A stretch of DNA of 49,372 bases from a virus (IMGVR_UViG_3300020042_005640:1-49372), one strand, 5' to 3'. Numbered from the stretch's first letter, positions 1-9,852 are shown. Translations and numbers: made by a program. Notes: generated from the sequence alone by a model not told the origin.

Positions 1-2
1 CA

Positions 3-638
3 GCATCTGCAGGACTAACATTTGTTGGAGGTAATTTTAATATATCTGGCAGTTCTACCATCACCGGTTCATTAATTATAACTAATCAAATAACTGCTCA
101 AACATTAGTAGTACAAACAATTACTTCATCTGTTGATTTTGTAACTGGTTCTACTAGATTCGGTACTTTACTTTCAAATACACATCAGTTTACTGGTAGT
201 GTTAGTATAACTGGATCCTTATCAGTTAATGGAAGTAGTGTAATTACTAGTGCTCAAACAGGATCAATGAGTGTATCTAGTGCTAGTTTTGCTGCAACAG
301 CATCATACGCTAATTCTCCCTTTGATATAGGCATAGCAGAATTTAATTCAACCTCCTCTACAACAACAGCAGGAACAACAACAGTATCATCAATCGCTAC
401 CAGTTCCTTCACTTCTGCATTCTATAATTACACTATAGCATCAGCTTCAAATGCAAGAGCAGGACAAGTGATGAGTGTATGGAGTGGAACTACAGTACGA
501 TATACTGAAGTAACAACTACAGACATAGGAAATACAGCTACAGCTTCATTTGCTGTAGCAATATCAGGTCCAAATGTAAATTTAAGCATTACAGCACCTG
601 GTGTATGGACAGTAAAATCTATTGCTAATTTATTATAA
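3..638 (+). CDS. Tail fibre/virion structural protein, 5'-truncated by the window edge
   Basis: The frame is open from base 3 into the listed 267..638 ORF. Ser/Thr/Gly-rich with ITAQTLVVQTITSS and THQFTGSVSITGSL motifs typical of phage fibre proteins. Confidence 0.65.
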   Translation, partial: ASAGLTFVGGNFNISGSSTITGSLIITNQITAQTLVVQTITSSVDFVTGSTRFGTLLSNTHQFTGSVSITGSLSVNGSSVITSAQTGSMSVSSASFAATASYANSPFDIGIAEFNSTSSTTTAGTTTVSSIATSSFTSAFYNYTIASASNARAGQVMSVWSGTTVRYTEVTTTDIGNTATASFAVAISGPNVNLSITAPGVWTVKSIANLL

Positions 639-647
639 AATTGTTAT

Positions 648-1346
648 ATGGGATTTGGAAATGGACCAAGGATTGTTACTGATGGGTTAGTATTAGAGCT
701 GGATGCCGCTGATAGAAATAGCTATGTGAGTGGGTCTACTACTTGGATAGATTTAACTGCAAATAATTTTACTGGTAGTTTAATTAATGGTCCTACTTTT
801 AGCTCTGCTAATGGAGGGAGTATTGTATTTGATGGAACTAATGATTATGTATCTATACCAGTATCAATGACTTTATCTAGCCATACAGTTATTTCTTGGG
901 TTTATTTTAATTCATTAAATAAAGATTGGATTCCTATATTAGAATTTCAGTCAGGTGGTTTTAGAGCACATTATTATGTACAAGGAGATTTAAATACTTT
1001 TCAAATAAGAGGTTTTGGAGCAAACTGGAGCCCTGATAATGTTACGGATAATAGTAATTGGATAAGCACTAATTTAGTAACAGTACAACCTAATAAATGG
1101 TATATGTTAACAGGTAGATTGGATGGAAGTTTAGGAGATACATATATTAATACAGAAAAGAGTAAAGCAACAAAAACAGGAATATCATATAATAATGTAG
1201 GAATAACCAATGTACTTAATACTAGAATTTCGGCAAATTTTTATAATTCGGGAATAGTTGGTAGCATATTAATATATAGCCGTGCCTTATCAGATCAAGA
1301 AATCCTACAAAACTACAACGCATTAAAATCAAGATTCAATCTATAA
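648..1346 (+). CDS. LamG/concanavalin A-like lectin domain virion protein
   Basis: IVTDGLVLELDAA...SY...W.DL, IVFDGTNDY and IYSRALSDQEILQNYNA motifs. Confidence 0.8.
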   Translation: MGFGNGPRIVTDGLVLELDAADRNSYVSGSTTWIDLTANNFTGSLINGPTFSSANGGSIVFDGTNDYVSIPVSMTLSSHTVISWVYFNSLNKDWIPILEFQSGGFRAHYYVQGDLNTFQIRGFGANWSPDNVTDNSNWISTNLVTVQPNKWYMLTGRLDGSLGDTYINTEKSKATKTGISYNNVGITNVLNTRISANFYNSGIVGSILIYSRALSDQEILQNYNALKSRFNL

Positions 1347-1350
1347 AGTT

Positions 1351-2016
1351 ATGGCAACACAATACGCAAACGGTAAAATAGTAACTTCAGGATTAGTATT
1401 AGCATTAGATGCTGCTGATAGAAATAGCTATGTAAGTGGATCTACTGTTTGGAATGATGTTAGTGGAAATGGATATAATGGAGTATTAACTAATGGACCT
1501 ACATTTTCAAATAATAGTATTGTGTTTGATGGTACTAATGACTATATTGCAACTACTTATGCACCAATTTTTAATGATTTTTCAGTAATTGCTTGGTTTA
1601 AAAGTACTGCTAATATAGCATATAGTAGAATTGTTGATAAAAATTATATAAACGGAATGTGGGTAGGAAGAAATTCTACCACTACAAATTCTTGGGGAGG
1701 AGGTGTATTAGAAGGTAGTCCACCTTTTGGAAGATTTATTACACTTATAGATGGAAATTGGCATATGATTGCTTCTATAAGACAAGGAACAACCCATACA
1801 ATATATGGTGATGGAATAACTAATAATATTTCTGGAACTGTTAGTTCTACAGCATTATCCGCGACTGCGTTTGCATTTGGTTTGAATCAATCAACAAGTC
1901 CAAATATAGATCCATTCGCAGGTAATATATCATCAATACAAATCTACAATAGAGCTCTTTCACCAATGGAAGTTCTACAAAACTATAACGCACAAAAATC
2001 ACGCTTTAATTTATAA
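1351..2016 (+). CDS. LamG/concanavalin A-like lectin domain virion protein (paralog of 648..1346)
   Basis: GLVLALDAADRNSY, IVFDGTNDY, WHMIA and IYNRALSPMEVLQNYNA motifs. Confidence 0.8.
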   Translation: MATQYANGKIVTSGLVLALDAADRNSYVSGSTVWNDVSGNGYNGVLTNGPTFSNNSIVFDGTNDYIATTYAPIFNDFSVIAWFKSTANIAYSRIVDKNYINGMWVGRNSTTTNSWGGGVLEGSPPFGRFITLIDGNWHMIASIRQGTTHTIYGDGITNNISGTVSSTALSATAFAFGLNQSTSPNIDPFAGNISSIQIYNRALSPMEVLQNYNAQKSRFNL

Positions 2017-2019
2017 ACT

Positions 2020-2283
2020 ATGGCATACGCAAACAGAGAATTCATGATTTTCAACGTATCAGAACTACCAAACGTTAATTTTACTCAAGTACTAGAAACA
2101 TCTATTGATACAGTAAGAAAATCGGTAGATGAAACAAAAACATTTGTAAAATGGGATGGAGAAGCAATTCCATCATCAGTAGATGCATTAACAACTAAAG
2201 AAGGACCCTACACCTACGATCAAATATTAACAATACTAGCTACAGAAGAATGGACTAATCCATCAGGTAGTATGATGCCTTAA
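2020..2283 (+). CDS. Small phage hypothetical protein in the LamG/fibre cluster
   Basis: Clean ORF with tight spacing; contains the motif ETS..TVRKSVD..KTFVKW. Confidence 0.65.
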   Translation: MAYANREFMIFNVSELPNVNFTQVLETSIDTVRKSVDETKTFVKWDGEAIPSSVDALTTKEGPYTYDQILTILATEEWTNPSGSMMP

Positions 2284-2325
2284 TATTTATTCGTAGCTGT
2301 CGGAAAGTGAAAACAGTAAATACAT

Positions 2326-4491
2326 ATGCCACAAGAATTTAAAATTAAAAATGGTCTCATAGTAGACCAAGGCGGAGTCAATATATCAGGCTCATCTTTT
2401 ATTTCTGGATCTTTAGCAATCAATGCTTCAGGATCAAGTGTATTTACTGTTGACGGTACAGCAGGCCGTCTCTTCTCAGTTGATGATTCTCTTACAGGAT
2501 CATTATTTTCAGTTAATACTGTAGCTGGTTTACCCATAATTGAGGCTTTTTCTGACAATACTGTTCGTGTTGGCCAATATGGTAAACAAGCATTGTTTGT
2601 TTCTCAATCTAAAGTTGGTATTGGGAAAGAAAATGCCTTAAATGGCATTTTAGATGTAAGTGGTAGTGTAAGTATAACTGGAAGTTTAACTGCTGATTCA
2701 TTAATTAAGAGTGGCGGTACATCAGCACAGTACCTTATGGCAGATGGTTCTACATCAACACTTACTAACCCCGTTACAGGTACAGGTACAACGAACTTCT
2801 TGCCTAAGTGGACAAGTTCAAGTGCGTTGGGTAATAGTATTGTGCAAGATGATGGAACAAATGTTGGAGTTGGTACTGCAAATGCATCAACTTATTCAAT
2901 GAAATTAGCAGTTGTAAATAACATTGGTTTAATACCTACAACACAAAATACTGTTGGTTCTGCCGTTTATTTAAAATCTCAATTAGGAGCTTCAGGTGGT
3001 GAAAATTTTATTTCAAATGAAATTACCGCTTTCAACAACGCTGCTAATTACGACACATCATTGATTTTCTTAACTCGTTTAGGTACAAGCGTATCTGAAA
3101 AGATGCGTATCGCCGCAGCAGGGAATGTTGGTATAGGTACTACAACTCCGGGATATAAACTATCAATTCAAGGTAATGCAGGAATTGAAGCATCAGAAGA
3201 ATATTTCTACTTTAATTCAACATACACCGTAGGCAATAATGCAAGAGGTAAAATAAGAGCAGTAGGTGCAGGTGGTGGTTCAGGTTATGGTGGTGATTTA
3301 AGGTTTAGCACAAGAAATCCAAGCAATGTTTGGAATGAAGATGCTATGACAATTAATAGCAGTGGTAATGTAGGTATAGGTACTACATCGCCTGGGGAAA
3401 AGTTGACAATTAATGGTTATATAGGATTGCAATATTCGGGTACTCAAAAATGGCATTTGGGTGCTGATTCAAGTAATAATTTGTCATTTGTCCGTTCTGG
3501 TATTGCAGAAAGAATGGTATTAAATTCTGATGGCAACCTTGGTCTCGGAGTAGTGCCGAGTGCGTGGGGATATGGTGGTAACTTTAATTTAGAAGGTGCA
3601 GGAAGATATATTTCATCAAAATCAGATGATACAAGATATGCTTCTAATGTTTATAATGACGGAACTAATGAAGTTTATTCAAGTACAGGTTTTGCTACAA
3701 GATACAGACAAGCAAACGGGATTCATTCTTGGGTAACCGCCCCATCAGGAACGGCAGGTAACGCTATAACCTTCACCCAAGCGATGACGCTTGATGCGAG
3801 TGGGAGATTAGGTATAGGTAATACATCGCCCGGACAGAAGCTTTCTGTATCTGGTAACTCGCAGATTACTAACGCATACACTCATGCAGCAGGTAGCTAT
3901 GTTAGTGGACTTTCGTCATTTGCTGACGTAACCACAGGTTCTTCTCCAAGCTATACCTCTGGAATGTTCTACGGTGCGTTTCAGTCATACTACAGAAATC
4001 AGTTCAGCGCTAACGCTACAATACCAAACAGCGTAGTACAAGCCTCTCAGTCCAACAGCAGCTCGATTACATTCGTAAACTCTGGCACTGCAATTACAAT
4101 GACGCAGGCAAGTGGTATTAGAACATACGCTAATCAAATCCTACAGTTCTCTTTTGACAGCGCACAGGCCACATGCTCGGTGTCACACGTTGCAGGTATT
4201 CAGATACTTGCTCCATACTACCAAGGAGCAAACAACCCTACAATAGATAACTACTATGGATTAGTCTTAAATGACAGCACTGAGTATAGCGCATCGCTTA
4301 CTGCTACAAACAGGTGGGCAATATACCAAGACGGTGCGTCAGATAACAACTACTTTAAGGGTAAGGTTGTTATTGGAAGCACGAATACTGTTGGGGTGTC
4401 ACCCTTAAACGTAAAAAATCTCCCTACTTCAGCAACTGGGCTATCCTCTGGAGACATCTGGAACAATGGGGGAGTCTTAAATATAGTATAA
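2326..4491 (+). CDS. Tail fibre protein (mosaic)
   Basis: Repeated GNVGIGTT(T/S)PG / GNLGLG / GRLGIGNTSPG units; C-terminal NLPTSATGL..GDIWNNGGVL motif. Confidence 0.8.
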   Translation: MPQEFKIKNGLIVDQGGVNISGSSFISGSLAINASGSSVFTVDGTAGRLFSVDDSLTGSLFSVNTVAGLPIIEAFSDNTVRVGQYGKQALFVSQSKVGIGKENALNGILDVSGSVSITGSLTADSLIKSGGTSAQYLMADGSTSTLTNPVTGTGTTNFLPKWTSSSALGNSIVQDDGTNVGVGTANASTYSMKLAVVNNIGLIPTTQNTVGSAVYLKSQLGASGGENFISNEITAFNNAANYDTSLIFLTRLGTSVSEKMRIAAAGNVGIGTTTPGYKLSIQGNAGIEASEEYFYFNSTYTVGNNARGKIRAVGAGGGSGYGGDLRFSTRNPSNVWNEDAMTINSSGNVGIGTTSPGEKLTINGYIGLQYSGTQKWHLGADSSNNLSFVRSGIAERMVLNSDGNLGLGVVPSAWGYGGNFNLEGAGRYISSKSDDTRYASNVYNDGTNEVYSSTGFATRYRQANGIHSWVTAPSGTAGNAITFTQAMTLDASGRLGIGNTSPGQKLSVSGNSQITNAYTHAAGSYVSGLSSFADVTTGSSPSYTSGMFYGAFQSYYRNQFSANATIPNSVVQASQSNSSSITFVNSGTAITMTQASGIRTYANQILQFSFDSAQATCSVSHVAGIQILAPYYQGANNPTIDNYYGLVLNDSTEYSASLTATNRWAIYQDGASDNNYFKGKVVIGSTNTVGVSPLNVKNLPTSATGLSSGDIWNNGGVLNIV

Positions 4492-4509
4492 CAAATAAAA
4501 ACAAATACA

Positions 4510-4806
4510 ATGGCAAAGAAAATCGAACCCGTTACAGTATGGCTAAATGGCGAAAGCAAATCAGCAGAATATCTGCAAGTTACAGGCATTAATGACAACT
4601 ACGAAAGCAGTGCAGCCAATTATTGGGCATTGTTTACAAAGGTTGTAGATGCTGAAGGTGTTGATTCACAAGGCGAACAAGTTGCTCAAGGCAATCTAAC
4701 CATTAATGGTGCGGATTACATCGCTTGGGGTGACCAACCTGCAATGGCTATTAATGCTTGGATTTACAACTGGAGTGCTGATAAACTTAACATTAAAATA
4801 GTATAA
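4510..4806 (+). CDS. Putative tail-fibre-associated small protein
   Basis: Directly follows the fibre gene; A-rich leader; acidic ~100 aa. Confidence 0.5.
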   Translation: MAKKIEPVTVWLNGESKSAEYLQVTGINDNYESSAANYWALFTKVVDAEGVDSQGEQVAQGNLTINGADYIAWGDQPAMAINAWIYNWSADKLNIKIV

Positions 4807-4816
4807 AACAAATAAA

Positions 4817-5161
4817 ATGGCAACACAATTTTCATGGGTAATCTCACAGCTTAATTGCGCTGTAGAATCAGAAGGACTCTCAAATGTTATTAATGTAATC
4901 CATTGGCGCTACAATGCCACTCAAGTGGACGGAGACAAGACTTGGTTTGCTGAGACGTATGGAGCGACAGGCGTAGCACAACCAAACCCACAAAACTTCA
5001 TCCCTTACGCAGATGTAACTGAGGCTGAAGTGATTGGATGGTTGGAAGAAGTTCTTCCCGTAGAAGCTATGCAAGCAAGCTTGGAAGCTAACATTAACCT
5101 GCAGATCAACCCTGTAGAGGTGACACTGCCGCTCCCATGGGCACAGTCAATTGAAGGATAA
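4817..5161 (+). CDS. Putative tail-fibre-associated/chaperone protein
   Basis: Motif W.I..L...HWRY...FIPY.D.TE..V.GW...LPW, typical of small genes downstream of fibres. Confidence 0.55.
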   Translation: MATQFSWVISQLNCAVESEGLSNVINVIHWRYNATQVDGDKTWFAETYGATGVAQPNPQNFIPYADVTEAEVIGWLEEVLPVEAMQASLEANINLQINPVEVTLPLPWAQSIEG

Positions 5162-5207
5162 GTGATTTTTTTGGCATGAAATTTGTTATATACTCATGTA
5201 AGTGACT

Positions 5208-5215
5208 TATATTTG
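5208..5215 (+). promoter_or_regulatory. Bacteroidota-type -7 promoter element TATATTTG
   Basis: Matches TAnnTTTG, with TTTG upstream at 5182-5185; precedes the ATG at 5237. Confidence 0.6.
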
Positions 5216-5236
5216 TACATAAACAATCAAAAAATC

Positions 5237-5686
5237 ATGGCAAAAATTACAAAAACCTATGCCGAGTTGTTGGGCTTAGTTACCACAATGAACGCACTTG
5301 GATCAAACAAGGAGTTTGCAGAGGCAAACACAAAAGGAATGAAGAAGCTAGAAAAGGTAGGATTAAAGCTAAAGGGCGTCCTTGAGACGTACAATGAAAG
5401 GCTTGAAGATATCCGCCTTGACAACGCCCACACAGACGATAAGGGATGCCTTATCTCTGACGAGAAGGGTGGCTACAAGTACTCCAAGGAAGGGACTAAG
5501 AAGCTGAACAAGGACATTAAGGCACTCCTACAGGATAGCTTTGAGTTCTATCAGTTCACGTTCTCTAAGGACGGCATTGAGAACTACGTATTCCTTGAGG
5601 GATGGGTAGAAGGACTTGAGTTCCCAAAAGTGGAACAGTCTGATGACTTTGAGGAAATTGAAGAAGCTCCAGGTGTGAGTCTGTAA
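5237..5686 (+). CDS. Hypothetical protein (possible tail assembly chaperone)
   Basis: Start moved to ATG 5237 (MAKITK), after the promoter and an A-rich leader; helical/charged. Confidence 0.6.
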   Translation: MAKITKTYAELLGLVTTMNALGSNKEFAEANTKGMKKLEKVGLKLKGVLETYNERLEDIRLDNAHTDDKGCLISDEKGGYKYSKEGTKKLNKDIKALLQDSFEFYQFTFSKDGIENYVFLEGWVEGLEFPKVEQSDDFEEIEEAPGVSL

Positions 5687-5709
5687 ATACTTTTCATGCG
5701 TGTTGATTC

Positions 5710-5740
5710 GGGGAGGTCAGTCTTGGCTTCCCCTTTTTTT
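5710..5740 (+). terminator. Rho-independent terminator
   Basis: GGGGAGGTCA-gtct-TGGCTTCCCC followed by T7. Confidence 0.8.
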
Positions 5741-5815
5741 GTTTAAAAATGTCCGCATTATCGGTCAAAACCCGACTTAGTGACGGATATTTAACACATT
5801 TCGTACCTTTGAGGC

Positions 5816-6403
5816 ATGAAAAATGTTGTCTACGGATCTATAATTTTACTGTTAGTTATACTGCTATACCGCGCTGAGTGTGGGAGTCCAGTCGTCCCCG
5901 TCGGACCTAAAAAAGTCGTGGTAGATGGGAAGAAGTATGATGTTATCAAAGAGATAACAGACACACAGTATGTAAAGTATACAGAGAAGGGCGAGACTGA
6001 TACGGTTGTTCATGACACTACTATTTACGTTACAATTCCTGTGTTAGACTCTGTGAAGCTAGACAGCCTGGTTAAGCTATACTATGCAAAGAACGTACAT
6101 TCTGACACATTTAAACTAAACTACGGGTCAATATATGTACAAGATTCTGTACAGTTTAATAAGGTATTTGGGAGGAAGTGGTCAACAGACTTGCTGATAC
6201 CAAAGGAGACCAAGACTACTGTAGTCAAGGAGCCTGCCAAGAATCAGGTCTACTTTGGCGCAGGAGCGTCGTATGGAACGGCTATAACCCCAAGCGTAGG
6301 GTTGATGTTCAAGACAAAACAAGAAAGGATTTATGGCGTATCTTTGGGCGTAAGTAACGGCCTGCCTGCTTATGGTGGGTTTATATATGTAAAAATATTC
6401 TAA
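5816..6403 (+). CDS. Membrane-anchored lysis accessory (spanin-like) protein
   Basis: N-terminal TM helix, DT-rich beta linker and a C-terminal amphipathic beta segment ending in F; first gene of the lysis cassette. Confidence 0.5.
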   Translation: MKNVVYGSIILLLVILLYRAECGSPVVPVGPKKVVVDGKKYDVIKEITDTQYVKYTEKGETDTVVHDTTIYVTIPVLDSVKLDSLVKLYYAKNVHSDTFKLNYGSIYVQDSVQFNKVFGRKWSTDLLIPKETKTTVVKEPAKNQVYFGAGASYGTAITPSVGLMFKTKQERIYGVSLGVSNGLPAYGGFIYVKIF

Positions 6404-6404
6404 T

Positions 6405-6635
6405 ATGATAAAGAACTTTATTTGGAGTTTATTCTCCGAGGACGGTAAGATTAGCAGCAAGAGATTTTTTGGGGGAATGGCCGCAACATCTCTATGTGTT
6501 ACATTAATCGCTAACAGTTTCTCTCATGGAGAGATTAAACCATCTGACATATTGGTTGAGGCAACGGCTGCATTTGCTGCGCTGTCTCTTGGTATTTCAG
6601 CTTGGCAAACTATTAAAAAGGGAAAAGATGATTAG
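6405..6635 (+). CDS. Putative holin
   Basis: 76 aa, SSKR motif followed by two hydrophobic helices and a charged C-terminus; overlaps the endolysin start. Confidence 0.65.
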   Translation: MIKNFIWSLFSEDGKISSKRFFGGMAATSLCVTLIANSFSHGEIKPSDILVEATAAFAALSLGISAWQTIKKGKDD

Positions 6636-7230
6636 TACGTCTAAACTATCTACAAAAGTTCCTTTACCCGTAATGGCTGAGGTGACATCAATCGTAGAGA
6701 AGTTTAACATAACAAACCCTCTGAGGCTTTCACACTTCCTTGCACAGGCTGCACACGAGTCTGGTAACTTTAAGTTCCTGAAGGAAAACCTAAACTATTC
6801 ATCTGACAGCCTGCTGAAGGTGTTTCCTAAGTACTTTAAGGACAAGGCTACGGCCGATAAGTATGCCAGGAATCCGGAGAAGATTGCGAACAGGGTGTAT
6901 GCGTCAAGGATGGGGAATAGGGACGAAGCGTCCGGAGATGGGTTCAAGTTTAGGGGAAGGGGTTACATCCAGCTGACCGGGAAGGATAACTACAAGGCGT
7001 TCTCTAATTTTATTGGAGAGGATTGCATAGCTAATCCAGACTTAGTTTCAGATAAGTACCCACTCGTGAGTGCGTCATGGTTCTTTGATAAGAACAATCT
7101 TTGGACAATCTGTGATAAGGGAGCAACGGATGAAGTTGTAACAGCTGTAACAAAGCGTGTAAATGGTGGAACTCATGGATTGACTGACAGAATATCTAAG
7201 TTCAAGCTTTTTAACGATTCATTGTCATGA
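6628..7230 (+). CDS. Endolysin, glycoside hydrolase family 19 (chitinase-like lysozyme)
   Basis: HFLAQAAHESG, ENLNYS, FRGRGYIQLTGKDNY and TKRVNGG motifs. True start is probably ATG 6628. Confidence 0.9.
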   Translation: MISTSKLSTKVPLPVMAEVTSIVEKFNITNPLRLSHFLAQAAHESGNFKFLKENLNYSSDSLLKVFPKYFKDKATADKYARNPEKIANRVYASRMGNRDEASGDGFKFRGRGYIQLTGKDNYKAFSNFIGEDCIANPDLVSDKYPLVSASWFFDKNNLWTICDKGATDEVVTAVTKRVNGGTHGLTDRISKFKLFNDSLS

Positions 7231-7332
7231 CAAGTCAGCCGTCTAGTATATCTGTGCCTTCTGTTACTTTGCAAACGCTGTTAAATATTTGCACGTAGTA
7301 TACTTATATTTGCAATATATATATGATCAGGA

Positions 7333-7527
7333 ATGAACGCACACAATGACATTACGTTTCTAGGAGTCCCATCAACAATAGTAAGCTGGATGGCATTCTT
7401 GAACATTGTGAACATTAACCCTTTCGTTAACTTTGTGGTTAGTATATTTTCTCTTGTGTGGCTATTCATACAGATTTACTCGTGGACAGAGAAGAGGATA
7501 AAAGAAAAAAGAAATGGCAGCCAATAA
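7333..7527 (+). CDS. Small two-TM membrane protein (second holin/antiholin candidate)
   Basis: Two hydrophobic segments and a basic C-terminus; own TATATTTG element at 7305-7312. Confidence 0.55.
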   Translation: MNAHNDITFLGVPSTIVSWMAFLNIVNINPFVNFVVSIFSLVWLFIQIYSWTEKRIKEKRNGSQ

Positions 7528-7801
7528 GAACGCTGGTAAGCATCCTAGTTACGATAAATTGAATTGGAGCCCATCTTCTATTCAGAGGAAGAGGGCGTAT
7601 GATAAAAAGTACAATGAATCTAAAGAAGCTAAAGACAATAGGGTAGAATTAAATAAGGCAAATAGACAAGCCGGAACCTATGGTAAGATGACTAAGATGG
7701 GTAAGGACAGAAGCCATACTAAAGATGGAAAGATGGTTATTGAATCAAGCTCCTCAAACAGGGGACGCAATGGACAGAACGGTAAGTCTACAAAAAAATA
7801 G
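7514..7801 (+). CDS. Small basic protein, HNH-like
   Basis: KDRSHTKDG...SSNRGRN resembles a degenerate phage D.SH...NR HNH motif. Confidence 0.45.
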   Translation: MAANKNAGKHPSYDKLNWSPSSIQRKRAYDKKYNESKEAKDNRVELNKANRQAGTYGKMTKMGKDRSHTKDGKMVIESSSSNRGRNGQNGKSTKK

Positions 7802-7816
7802 TCATACATTCGTTAT

Positions 7817-8014
7817 ATGATAATGGTAGTAAAAATGCCTGATGACGAAGAAGAAAAATACTTCAACGCTATCTTCTTATGTTCCACCAAAGACCCAATG
7901 TATCTCCTTGATATGATAGAGGACATAAACTTGGATGAAATAATACATGAAGAAGGTGAGCTAGGCATAGATATGCTAGACCCATTTAAACTAAAGAAAA
8001 TATTTTTTAATTAA
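7817..8014 (+). CDS. Hypothetical acidic protein
   Basis: ORF converges on the minus-strand arm; TACATTCG element lies 4 nt upstream of the ATG. Confidence 0.5.
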   Translation: MIMVVKMPDDEEEKYFNAIFLCSTKDPMYLLDMIEDINLDEIIHEEGELGIDMLDPFKLKKIFFN

Positions 8015-9057
8015 AATATATGAGTGAGCCTTGCAACTTGTCCATGAACTGGATGATGAACGAATCCTTCTACAGCCTTTGGGGAATGTTGATAGCCATT
8101 TCTGTGATGCCAAGAATCTGTTCCGGATGGAGACCTAAGTGCCTCAACATTTACACTCATGTAATCTTTACTTTTCTTATGGTGTATATGGTGTATATAA
8201 AAATACCTATGCTTGCAATCCCCCCAAGATTCACTAGCCTCATGCGCCATCAATAATGGCAAGTCAGCTTCTTTAGCTCCATCACCGTGAGTTGTACCTA
8301 TAATATTTGCACCGTATACAAAATACTTTCTGTGAGATATACTGACGTTAAACGTCACTGATTTACAGTTTCTGAACCAAGCTTCTATTGTCTGTGCCAA
8401 GAAAAATCCATTTGTATAATCATGGTTAGACGGATCATACTGTACATGTACAGGAGCAATCTGAATTAGTATCTCTATGCAATCTGTAAGAAGCCTTTGA
8501 GCTGTCTTAAAGTTATCAAACCACATAGCGCTTGTATCTTGATGCGTACCTGCTGTTGTGCTGTTTTTAGCATTATCAACATGAAGAATATCGTTTCCAA
8601 CAATAAATAGAATCTTATCTATTTTGAAGTTACACTTAGAAATCAATCCTATAACTCCTTCTTTAACTCTTTTAACAGCTATGTCGTGGTTGTATTCATC
8701 ACCTGATTCAATCATACTTGAAAGCTTCCCGATATGTATGTCAGCCGGGTCTACAACAAACAAATGTCCATCAAATGATTTTTTGTAATCTATAGATGGA
8801 TATATTGGAGAGTATTCTTTTATTGATTTAAGAAACTCATCCATCATCTCTTGAACGCTAAGGCTACTACCCTTGACATTAATGCTAAACTTCTCACTCT
8901 TGAACCAATAGTAGTTCACATTTTCAGCTGGTATCCCCTGCTCTTCACACTCTTTGTTTAGTGCGGTGTGATTAACCTTACTTCCTCTGTACTCGTACAC
9001 TAATTGAGCCTCATCAGGCTTTAGTCTCATACGTATTGTGTCTATAGGTTCAGGCAT
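8011..9057 (-). CDS. Calcineurin-like metallophosphoesterase
   Basis: DIH, GND, NHD, HGD and HHIHH metal-binding motifs. Confidence 0.85.
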   Translation of the reverse strand: MPEPIDTIRMRLKPDEAQLVYEYRGSKVNHTALNKECEEQGIPAENVNYYWFKSEKFSINVKGSSLSVQEMMDEFLKSIKEYSPIYPSIDYKKSFDGHLFVVDPADIHIGKLSSMIESGDEYNHDIAVKRVKEGVIGLISKCNFKIDKILFIVGNDILHVDNAKNSTTAGTHQDTSAMWFDNFKTAQRLLTDCIEILIQIAPVHVQYDPSNHDYTNGFFLAQTIEAWFRNCKSVTFNVSISHRKYFVYGANIIGTTHGDGAKEADLPLLMAHEASESWGDCKHRYFYIHHIHHKKSKDYMSVNVEALRSPSGTDSWHHRNGYQHSPKAVEGFVHHPVHGQVARLTHIF

Positions 9058-9081
9058 AACATATGTTTGGTTATTGCTAAA

Positions 9082-9450
9082 TTACAAAGACTTTATAATT
9101 TCAACAACTTCTAAACATTCTTTTTGGCTTTTGGGGAAAAATAGTTTAGGTTCCTTCCGCCACTCCGTATACATCACATATCTGAACCATTTCCACTTTA
9201 GGATGTTATCATTCCTTTGGAAACCCTTTGTATCTACCACTACATTTCTTCCGCTAGAAGTAAGGTCAAAGTCTACGGTAAGTGTCATAGGGCGAACTGC
9301 CTTACCATCATATCTAAAAGATGGACAAAGCTGATAAGGAACCTGAAATTCAAAGTCTATACCATTCTTTTTTAACATATCGTAGAAGAACAACTCAAGC
9401 TTAGAATCAAACTTGAGCCCGTACTTCTCTACTTTTTTTATTTGCTTCAT
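9082..9450 (-). CDS. DUF1064-like PD-(D/E)xK nuclease (possible resolvase)
   Basis: KFDSKLE...FQVPYQL...VDF...VVDTKG motif. Confidence 0.75.
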   Translation of the reverse strand: MKQIKKVEKYGLKFDSKLELFFYDMLKKNGIDFEFQVPYQLCPSFRYDGKAVRPMTLTVDFDLTSSGRNVVVDTKGFQRNDNILKWKWFRYVMYTEWRKEPKLFFPKSQKECLEVVEIIKSL

Positions 9451-9452
9451 AT

Positions 9453-9851
9453 CTACAGCATGTTCATTTCTTGTTTAGCAAACGATAGGGAAGATCTCAA
9501 TAATTCCATCTTGTAGTGACTTTCTTTTATCACCATTTCGCAGATATTATTATAGAAGGAACAATCACCTATCTCATATGCAATAACAATCTTCTTCTCA
9601 GTTGCCCCCATATCATCATTGTTGAGATTCATCATCTTTTGGAATGATAGTTTTTCGGTAAGAAACTGGAACTGAGCCTTGCATGTTACTCCAATTACCA
9701 TAACGGATGTAAGGTCTGACATATGCCTTACGATACTAGGAGCATCTGAACAGTCTACTTTCTGTGTGACTATCTTTCTAAATATCTCATACTGCTCTAC
9801 TGTCCTTTCAAATGCCAATTGAAGACTGTGGTCTGTAAATACTTGTTTCAT
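9453..9851 (-). CDS. Hypothetical helical protein
   Basis: Tightly packed ORF in the replication operon. Confidence 0.65.
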   Translation of the reverse strand: MKQVFTDHSLQLAFERTVEQYEIFRKIVTQKVDCSDAPSIVRHMSDLTSVMVIGVTCKAQFQFLTEKLSFQKMMNLNNDDMGATEKKIVIAYEIGDCSFYNNICEMVIKESHYKMELLRSSLSFAKQEMNML

Positions 9852-9852
9852 G

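Noticed and set aside
648-4491. Diversity-generating retroelement acting on fibre/LamG genes
   Set aside because: No reverse transcriptase, and no template/variable repeat pair differing only at adenines was seen.
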